Source: Candidatus Multivoradales bacterium
GTDB lineage: Bacteria; Acidobacteriota; Thermoanaerobaculia; Multivoradales; J023
Assembly (NCBI GenBank): GCA_965248925.1
Contig: CBDFLE010000006.1
Coordinates: 3,776,001 to 3,840,000, forward strand
Length of the DNA stretch: 64,000 nt
Direction of reading: 5' to 3'
In this document: piece by piece, positions 40,591-48,255 of the stretch
How the letters are laid out: every line of letters begins with the position of its first letter
Position numbering within the stretch: the stretch's first letter is position 1
The notes under the pieces: generated by a model
The model's database searches: none
What the model was told of the DNA's origin: nothing
What the model saw: the letters and a program-made list of their open reading frames with translations, nothing else
Position numbers and translations under genes: made by a program

Positions 40591-41120
40591 CTCTGCCCAC
40601 CCGGACCCCGTGAGATCTGGACCAGCTCGTTGCCGGCTTGTCGTAAGAACCCCAGAGCTGGCGCGAACTGCCTGCAAGGCGGCGAGATGGCAATATCTCT
40701 CTGCGCCAGGGTCGAGTGGCGCAGGGCGGCCAGAGCACCAATTCGGACCTCGCCGGCAGCCACCACCGCGCTATCGATCTGTTGCTCTACAGCGCCGCGC
40801 CAGCTAGCTAGCTGGTGGTCGGCGGCGGCCGCGTCCTCTGCGGTCCACAGTTCACCGGGCGGTGCCTGGCCGAGGAGCAGAAGGGTATCAAGAGTGGCTC
40901 GAAGATCGGCCACCAACGAGCCATAGCCGCCCAGTGGGAAGACCTCAACCGGCGCTCTATCTGCCGGGTCGTCGGGTCGCGCTCCGGGGGGCCTCGGGGC
41001 CAGCGGCACCAACACCCAGGGCAGCACCATCGCACGCTCGGCGGCGACGATCAAAGCTGCTGCTTCGAGGCAGCCTCGGCGCAACTGCTGCGGCGCGACT
41101 GGATAGAGCAGTGTGCTCAC
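40587..41120 (-). CDS. Small hypothetical protein
   Basis: GGGAG RBS before GTG; 177 aa; coupled to the downstream ORF. Confidence 0.6.
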   Translation of the reverse strand: MSTLLYPVAPQQLRRGCLEAAALIVAAERAMVLPWVLVPLAPRPPGARPDDPADRAPVEVFPLGGYGSLVADLRATLDTLLLLGQAPPGELWTAEDAAAADHQLASWRGAVEQQIDSAVVAAGEVRIGALAALRHSTLAQRDIAISPPCRQFAPALGFLRQAGNELVQISRGPGGQR

Positions 41121-41193
41121 GAGTTTGGCTCCCTATTGGCGGCGCTGCAGGTTCGCTGGCTGGCGACTAACTCGGCATCTACAGCGGGCCGGA

Positions 41194-41607
41194 TCACTGC
41201 ACCGTCCTCAGTCGCTGGCCGCTGGATCTCACCAGCAGGGCGATGCGGGCTCGCTGATCGGCGCCGCGCCGCTCCAGCCAGCTCTCGATCAGCTCCTCCT
41301 CCGAGATCTCGGCCGCGTCACTCAGCAGGCCGATCGTGGTGCCGACCTGCTCCGTTGCCAGCTCCGTGGCACCGAGCATTGCTTCCAAGATCGTTGGCGG
41401 TTGAAGCTCGGCGCTCGCCAACTCCCGCTTGGCAAAGCCGCCACGATGGGTCGGCACGGTGGGCGGATCGGGGAGCATAGCCAGCAGGTCAGCCAGCTTG
41501 TCCTCCAAGCGCCGCAACTCGGCGCCGGTCTCTAGCATCACCGCCCGCGCCTGGGATTCGATTTGCTCGGGCGAAGCAACTTTCGCAACTGGTTGTGGGT
41601 CGCTCAT
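41194..41607 (-). CDS. Small helical hypothetical protein divergent from the HTH-TPR gene (intact copy)
   Basis: MSDPQPVAKVASPEQIESQARAVMLETGAELRRLEDKLADLLAMLP...; its 5' part is duplicated at 45605-45712. Confidence 0.7.
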   Translation of the reverse strand: MSDPQPVAKVASPEQIESQARAVMLETGAELRRLEDKLADLLAMLPDPPTVPTHRGGFAKRELASAELQPPTILEAMLGATELATEQVGTTIGLLSDAAEISEEELIESWLERRGADQRARIALLVRSSGQRLRTVQ

Positions 41608-43278
41608 GGGCTGCACTGTAGGCACAGACCGGGCCTGGCAGGGCAACGAATCTCAGCGCGACAATCTATCAACCCTCGGCCAATTCCGATTCCAATGACC
41701 TGAGAACCGGGATCCATTAGCCTCGCCGCCGGCTACCTCGGGCAGCGAGTGCTCAGGCGCAATACCGAGGGTATAGGGTAAGCTCGCTGGAGCTATAGAC
41801 TATGGATAGTTAAGAGGGACCAGGGATGAACAGTGAGACTGCGCGAGCAGACCAGGCGCTTGCGTCAGCAGTTGCGCCGATACTTTGACCTGCACCGTGG
41901 CCGGCAGAGTTCCGTCGACCGCGAAAGCGGCCACTCTCCAGGTTGGAATCGGACGATATTCGGGCGCGGGCTCCGCCGGCTCACCGGTTGCCAGATCATC
42001 TCCAGTGCTCAGGGCATGGGCCTCGATCTCGGTGAGCTGGTGGCCGAGACCACCGCGCCTGGCTCGGCCAAGTTGCTGCGCAGGGTCCGCGAAGGCACCC
42101 ACGGCCAGCGGGAATACACCCTCGCCAGGCGGTCCACGGTCAAGGTCGAGACCAAGACCGCAGAGACGGAGTCCGCCCCGGCCAAAGCCGAGCCTGTCGT
42201 GGTCGAAGCCAAGGCCGAGACCCAGGCCGAGGCTGAGGTCAAGAAAGTCCTGCTCAAGACGCCACCGACCGCCATCCTCAACCTCGAATCAGCCGCTAGG
42301 CAGGTGGCCTGCCGACGCCTCGAACAAAGCGAACTCTCGCCGCCGCCCGCGCCCACCGCCGAGGAAGCCTTCAGCTGTTTGCTCGATGCGCCGCTGAATC
42401 ACCGCCGGCAGGTGCTCCGTCAAGAACCCCGCTGGCGTAGCCTGGCTGGGGTCAAGCATGCTGCTTTGGCGATCGACAAGCTTCGGCTTTGCGCCCCCAA
42501 GGAAGCCAGGGCGCTGGCGCAGATCCTGGCGATCGAGATCGCCGCCAAGATCAAAGGCGCAGATTGCGCCGAGGCGTTCTGCCGGGCAGCTGGGGTGCTG
42601 GGTTCGAGCCACAGAATCGGCGCCTCCATGGAAGGCGCCGCCTTCTGCCTAGAGACAGCCCTAGTGATCGCCTGCTGGGCACCGCCAGGGGTGCGGGCGG
42701 ATCTACTGCAAAGGGCGAGCTTCGTTCTGTCGAATCACGGCGCCATCGAGGCCGCTCTGGCAGTCTCCGGCAAGGCAATGGCCATCTATGCTGAGCAGCG
42801 GGACAGTGCTGGCATGGGCAAGGTCTTCGTCGATCAAGCAACCTTCTTGGCCTATTCAGGTCAGTACGAAGAGGCGCGTGGATCGTGGCTGAATGCTCTG
42901 GCTCTGCTACCCGATACCGAGAAACATCACCGCGCAGCGGTCTATCAAGGATTGGCCCACCTCGATGAGCAAGCTGGCCGGCTCGATACCGCCATTGAGC
43001 ACTTGCGGCTAGCTCAGGAATTCATCCCTCAGCGCGCGACCTACCTTCGAGGCAAGGTGTCTTGGGCGGCGGGTGAGATAGCAAGAAAGCAAGGGCGATT
43101 CGGTGCTGCGGAGAGCCAGCTTCGGCAGGCGGTCGCAGAGCTGGGAATGATCAACCCGTTTGATCTCGGCTTGGTGACTCTCGATCTTGCTGAGTTGCTC
43201 TTGGAGACCGGCCAGGCCGCCGAGGCAGTGGAGCTGGCCAAGGACACGGAAGCCCTGCTCAAGCTGTTCAAGAGCAAC
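41500..43278. repeat. Imperfect direct repeat, copy 1 (~1.78 kb)
   Basis: Aligns by eye with 45605-47377 from GTCCTCCA to AGAGCAAC. Confidence 0.95.
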
Positions 43279-43305
43279 CCGAGCAGAGTAAAAACGACAG
43301 AATGA
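41826..43305 (+). pseudogene. HTH-like/TPR protein, copy 1: +1 insertion near the start and 3' truncated
   Basis: GAGACT-G-CGCGAG versus GAGACTCGCGAG in copy 2 puts ATG 41826 out of frame (GTG 41833 could rescue it). Homology ends at ...FKSN (43278) and the C-terminal ~45 aa are missing. Confidence 0.75.
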
Positions 43306-43453
43306 ACTGCTGGTAAGGTGCGTGGCACCCCATTTGGTGTATGTCGGGTGCGTTTGCTGGACAAGTAGAGGGCCGGGCGAAGCGTCGAATTCGAACGACC
43401 CCACCCGGCCCATCTAGAGCGCGTTGCTCTCTCAGTCTGTAATTACGTGTGCC

Positions 43454-44084
43454 TCAGCATGGACACGCGATCTGAACCATTTGGGTGATCTCCCCTGAAG
43501 ACATCGCGCTCGGCGTGCTTGGGAATTCTCCGAGTCCGCTAGAGTGAAGCGCTTCGTGGATCAGAGGTATGGCGCGCGAATAAGGGAGCGGGAAGAACAG
43601 TCCTGAGCAAAGGTAAACCGTAAACGATCCCCGATAGGTGAAAGCCAGGGCTGTGCTGTCGCAGGCGACGTTCACGCCGTCACCTGGCTTGTACCTGGTA
43701 AGTTCGATGGTCGTAATCCCGTCACCGCTAATCCCGTTGCTTGGCCAAAGGTTGGCGCAGGATGTTTGCAGAAGCTTGAAGAAGGCGTTGGCTCGGGCTT
43801 GGTCGAGTTTTATCTGCTGGTAGTTGGTGAAACCGTTCTCGTTAAAGGGGGCTGTCATCGCCACCACCGCCACTACCACCACCGCCACTGCCGCCACCAC
43901 CGCTACACGAGTACCCCCAATCGCCGAGCGGGCAGGTCAAGGTGCCGGTGGCTGAGGAACTATCCCATTCCCACGTACAGTCGTCCAAGTCGACGTTAAG
44001 TGGCACCCACCCACAGTCACCATGCGCCGAGGTGGACATCAGGGCGACCAGAACAGAGCACAACAAGGCGGCTCGCGCGCTCAT
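43454..44084 (-). CDS. Secreted HEXXH zinc-metallopeptidase-like protein split by a +1 frameshift at ~43845
   Basis: ATG 44084 overlaps the upstream TGA. Signal peptide, Cys/Trp domain and Gly linker end at CCC CTT TAA; the +1 frame continues FNENGF...IHEALHSSGLGE...C. Confidence 0.7.
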
Positions 44085-45133
44085 CTTGCCACCACATTCC
44101 GGGGGTGCTCGACCAGGACCGAATGCGCGGTTCCGGCCGGGCCTGTGAGATAGAGCCAAAGACGGAAATTCCTGTCGGTGTAGTCTAGGCGGTCTGCGGT
44201 AAACGCCTGTCTATCATCGTTGTTCGAGACCATCAAGGGCAGGCTAATCGATCGCCAGATCTCCCCATGGTCGCCCAGCGGTAGCAGAGCATAGGGATAA
44301 TTGTCGAGTGGAATCACGGCCGATCCCTGTGGATACAGCTCGACATCCCATTCACCGATAAGGGGTTGGCCAAATAAGCTGCCGGGAGGGTTTGAGCCCC
44401 AGAGGCGGGCGCCTGCTCGCGGCTCCGGCGGGGCCTGATGGCTCCAAGTGCCGAGGACCTTTCCCCCGATGGTGCTGAGTCGTTTCTCTGTCCAGTGAAA
44501 AGCCTCGACGATATCGGTGGGATCGGATGGGTAGATGTATTCAAGGATCAGTTCGAGACCGATATGAATCTTGAGTGGGCGGCCTTCCACATCCCACTCA
44601 ACGCCTGCCAGCGGCCCGTTCACATCTTTTGCCCAGAGGAGCCCATGACGGTTGCGGCTCTGGTGGCGCTCGCCACCGAGTGAATCCTTGATGATCACCA
44701 CTCTTTCTTTGGAGCGCTGGGGGAACCGTACCCCGACTCTCTTGGTGACGGTGAGCTGTTGGCCGAGCGACTCAGCCTGAGTTTCAAAGATCGCTTGCTC
44801 CGGGAGCACTGTTCCGGGCTCGAACGCGTCAGTAGGAGGTAGGACGCTTCGGTACAGCCTCCAGTAGTAGGCGGATTGGGTGGTCGTCTCCCATTTGCCA
44901 TCGGCCGCTTTCGTGTCGAAAGCCGAGGCGGCGGCGCTGTGACCGCGCTGCCAGGCTTGGAGCCAGTTGAGGATCTCAGCTTGTCGTTCGTCGGGTAGGC
45001 CAGTGGTGGTCAAGAGGCGTTGGCCGTCGTCGCCAGTGTGGGAGGTCAGCCACGTCGGATCAGGGTCTGACGACAGGGCGGGGGCTGTTGGCCACAGCAG
45101 AGCGGCGACCAGCAGGACAGGGGCAATACGCAT
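44081..45133 (-). CDS. Secreted hypothetical protein
   Basis: AAGGAG RBS; signal peptide MRIAPVLLVAALLWPTAPALS; 350 aa. Confidence 0.75.
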   Translation of the reverse strand: MRIAPVLLVAALLWPTAPALSSDPDPTWLTSHTGDDGQRLLTTTGLPDERQAEILNWLQAWQRGHSAAASAFDTKAADGKWETTTQSAYYWRLYRSVLPPTDAFEPGTVLPEQAIFETQAESLGQQLTVTKRVGVRFPQRSKERVVIIKDSLGGERHQSRNRHGLLWAKDVNGPLAGVEWDVEGRPLKIHIGLELILEYIYPSDPTDIVEAFHWTEKRLSTIGGKVLGTWSHQAPPEPRAGARLWGSNPPGSLFGQPLIGEWDVELYPQGSAVIPLDNYPYALLPLGDHGEIWRSISLPLMVSNNDDRQAFTADRLDYTDRNFRLWLYLTGPAGTAHSVLVEHPRNVVAR

Positions 45134-45202
45134 GCAAGACTCCTTTCTCATCCTCTCTCTAGTTGTTCTGAATTCAACACATTCACTCCAATCTACAAGA
45201 AG

Positions 45203-45570
45203 GTAAGCGTCCCAGCAACCCCACCTTCCCCTCGCGCTTCTGAGCAGCCAAGATCAGCCGTAGGAGGTGACCTATGGTTGAAAGCACGAATCGGTCGCGC
45301 TCTCGCCGGAGCAGGGCGTCTTGGCAAAGAACGATTGAACCGTGGAAGAGCAGCGGCCTGTCCCAGGTGAAATTCTGCGAGCAGAACGACCTGGCGTTGG
45401 CGATTTGCGGGTGGTGGTACAGACCTCTGAAACGTGACGCTGTGGCCAAGACCGCACCCTAGCCGTCTGACGCGAACGAGCTTCTGCCTCTGGTACCAGC
45501 GGCTGGAGAGAGGGCGCTTCCGCCTGCCTGAGACAAATGAACCGAGCGTCGAGATGGAGGCTGCGGAGTC
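45203..45570 (+). mobile_element. IS66-family remnant (left end, tnpA fragment, tnpB fragment)
   Basis: GTAAGCGTCCCAGCAACCCC terminus; AGGAGGT RBS plus WQRTIEPWKSSGLSQVKFCEQNDL (TnpA-like); FCLWYQRLERGRFRLP...SVEMEAAE (TnpB-like); no tnpC. Confidence 0.8.
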
Positions 45571-45604
45571 GGGAGAGCCGGGTGCCATACGCTTCTGCCG
45601 AGTC

Positions 45605-45712
45605 GTCCTCCAGGCGCCGCAACTCGGCGCCGGTCTCCAGCATCATCGCCCGCGCCTGGGATTCGATTTGCTCTGGCGAAGCAACTTTCGGCTCTGGTTG
45701 TGGGTCGCTCAT
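45605..45712 (-). pseudogene. Truncated copy of the small divergent gene
   Basis: MSDPQPEPKVASPEQIESQARAMMLETGAELRRLED, after which homology stops next to the IS66 remnant. Confidence 0.8.
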
Positions 45713-47377
45713 GGGCTGCACTGTAGGCACGGTCCGGGACTGGCAGGGCAGCGAATCTCAGCGCGACCATCTATCACTCCTCGGCCAATTCCGATTCCAA
45801 TGACCTGAGAACCGGGATCTATCAACCTCGCCGCCAGCCGCCTCGGGCAGCGAGTGCCCAGGAGCAATGCCGAGGGTATGGGATAAGCTCACTGGAGCTA
45901 TAGACTATGAATAGTTCAAGAGGGGCCAGGGATGAACAGTGAGACTCGCGAGCAGACCAGGCGCTTGCGTCAGCAGTTGCGCCGATACTTTGACCTGCAC
46001 CGTGGCCGGCAGAGTTCCGTCGACCGCGAGAGCGGCCACTCTCCAGGTTGGAATCGGACAATATTCAGGCGCGGGACGCGCAGACTCACCGGCTACCAGA
46101 TCATCTCCAGTGCTCAGGGCATGGGCCTAGATCTCGGTCAGCTGGTAGCCGAGACCACCGCGCCTGGCCCGGCCGAGTTGCTGCGCAGGGTCCGCGAGGG
46201 CACCCACGGCCAGCGGGAATACACCCTGACCAGGCGGTCCACGGTCAAGGCCAAGACCGCAGAGACGGAGTCCGCCCAGGCCAAAGCCGACCCCGTCGTG
46301 GTCGAAGCCAAGGCCGAGACCCAGGCCGAGGCTGAGGTCAAGAAAGTCCTGCTCAAGACTCCACCGACTGCCATCCTCAACCTCGAATCCGCCGCTAGGC
46401 AGGTGTCCTGCCGACGCCTCGAGCAAAGCGAACCCTCGCCGCCGCCCGCGCCCACCGCCGAGGAAGCCCTCAGCTGTTTGCTCGATGCGCCGCTCAATCA
46501 CCGCCGGCAGGTGCTCCGTCAAGAACCGCGCTGGCGTAGCCTGGCGGGAGTTAGGCATGCTGCTCTGGCGATCGACAAGCTACGGCTTCGCGCCCCCAAG
46601 GAAGCCAGGGTGCTGGCGCAGATCCTGGCGGTCGAGATCGCCGCCAAGATCAAAGGCTCAGACTGTGCCGAGGCGTTCTGCCGGGCAGCTGGGGTGCTGG
46701 GTTCGAGCCACAGAATCGGCGCCTCGATGGAAGGCGCCGCCTTCTGCCTGGAGACCGCCCTGGTGATCGCCTGCTGGGCACCCCCAGGGGTGCGAGCGGA
46801 TCTACTGCAGAGGGCGAGCTTCGTTCTGTCGGGTCACGGCGCCATCGAAGCCGCCCTGGCAGTCTCCACCAAGGCCATGGCCATTTACGCCGAGCAGCGG
46901 GACAATGCTGGCATGGGCAAGGTCTTCGTGGACCAAGCAACTTTCTTGAACTACACCGGCCAGCCGGAGAAAGCGCGGCGCTCATCGCTATACGCCCTGG
47001 CGCTGCTACCCGACACTGAGCAGCACCAGCGTGCAGCGATCTATCAGGGTTTGGCCCATCTTGATGAACAGGCTGAGCGGCTCGACAGTGCAGCGGAGCA
47101 TTTGCAGCTAGCCCAGGCGTTCATTCCTCGGCGGGCAACGTATCTGCGAGGAATGGTGTGTTGGTCGGCGGGTGAGATCGCCAGAAAGCAAGGGCAGCTC
47201 AGTCTGGCAGAGCGCCATCTGCGGCAGGCGGTGGAGAAGCTAGCCAAGATCAACCCCTTCGACCTAGCGCTGGCAACTCTTGATCTTGCTGAGTTGCTCT
47301 TGGAGACCGGCCAGGCCGCCGAGGCGGTGGAGCTGGCCAAGGATACGGAAGCCCTGCTCAAGCTGTTTAAGAGCAAC
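45605..47377. repeat. Imperfect direct repeat, copy 2
   Basis: Aligns with 41500-43278. Confidence 0.95.
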
Positions 47378-47515
47378 GAGATCGCTCACGCTGCGGTAAG
47401 GCAGCTCGCCAGCGTGGCCCGGCGCGGAGAGTTCGATCTGGCGGTTGTCAAGGTGGCCAGGGAGGTGATCAAGGGCGAGCGGCATCGCGGTATCCGCCCG
47501 CCCAATTGGCGCTAG
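45932..47515 (+). CDS. HTH-like/TPR protein, copy 2 (full length)
   Basis: TAGACT -10 at 45901; N-terminal QSSVDRESGHSPGW...QIISSAQGMGL (XRE-HTH-like), A/E/K linker, then TPR-like repeats. Confidence 0.8.
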   Translation: MNSETREQTRRLRQQLRRYFDLHRGRQSSVDRESGHSPGWNRTIFRRGTRRLTGYQIISSAQGMGLDLGQLVAETTAPGPAELLRRVREGTHGQREYTLTRRSTVKAKTAETESAQAKADPVVVEAKAETQAEAEVKKVLLKTPPTAILNLESAARQVSCRRLEQSEPSPPPAPTAEEALSCLLDAPLNHRRQVLRQEPRWRSLAGVRHAALAIDKLRLRAPKEARVLAQILAVEIAAKIKGSDCAEAFCRAAGVLGSSHRIGASMEGAAFCLETALVIACWAPPGVRADLLQRASFVLSGHGAIEAALAVSTKAMAIYAEQRDNAGMGKVFVDQATFLNYTGQPEKARRSSLYALALLPDTEQHQRAAIYQGLAHLDEQAERLDSAAEHLQLAQAFIPRRATYLRGMVCWSAGEIARKQGQLSLAERHLRQAVEKLAKINPFDLALATLDLAELLLETGQAAEAVELAKDTEALLKLFKSNEIAHAAVRQLASVARRGEFDLAVVKVAREVIKGERHRGIRPPNWR

Positions 47516-48255
47516 GCTGGGCTACCGTTTGGTTCGATCATTGGACCGAACCCGGCCTGGTCGCCTTGGTGCCCGATGATCGGGCCAACTCGCCCGCGCC
47601 TTCTTTTCTGCTTGCTCATTTGAAACTCCCCGACACGCCGCCGCCTTGGCCGAGCTGAATTGCTCGGGCAAGGAGAGCGTGTCCGTTGGGAGTCTAGCTA
47701 TCGACCGGCAACGGCTGCGCTGGCAGTTTTCGAAGCGGTGGGCAGACGGGAGTGGCGATCCGAGTTAGTGCCCGAGCTGGTGCCGGTCACTTCTGCCGGC
47801 GATAGGTCTCTCGGCCGAGGTACGGAGCTAGATCTGCTTCTGGGTACTTCGACGAAGTACGTTCAAGGACTCGGGGGGCAGCAAGGAGCCAGAAAGAAGA
47901 GACTTAGAACGGCCACGACGGTGAAGAGAAGAGTGGCGATGAAGAAGGACGATGAGAAGCTTGGGTGACTCCGAGAGTGTCTTGGAGCTTGGACTCCGTG
48001 TGCCAGATGGGAGCGCCCTCTTTGGGTCTCTAGACGCAAAGATCACAGTATACCGGCCTCTGATCAGGCCTCAAAGAGTGTGAATAGAAGCTCGTCCGAT
48101 CAGACCCAGTCACCAGCGAGAAATCATCGACCAGAATCCACCATTCTGCTTGACTTGAACCGTCCGACTCATAGAAGACATTGCGAATCAAGAATCTTGG
48201 TCTTTGTTCAGTAGATCGAAGATCGTATCTCGGATCCGGACAACCAGTGCCACAT

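Noticed and set aside
41500-47377. Diversity-generating retroelement explaining the variable TPR segment
   Set aside because: No reverse transcriptase in the window, the differences are not adenine-specific, and the repeat is far longer than a TR/VR pair.
35150-48255. Prophage, satellite or integron
   Set aside because: No integrase, structural or replication genes, no tRNA-end duplication, and no convincing repeated attC sites.
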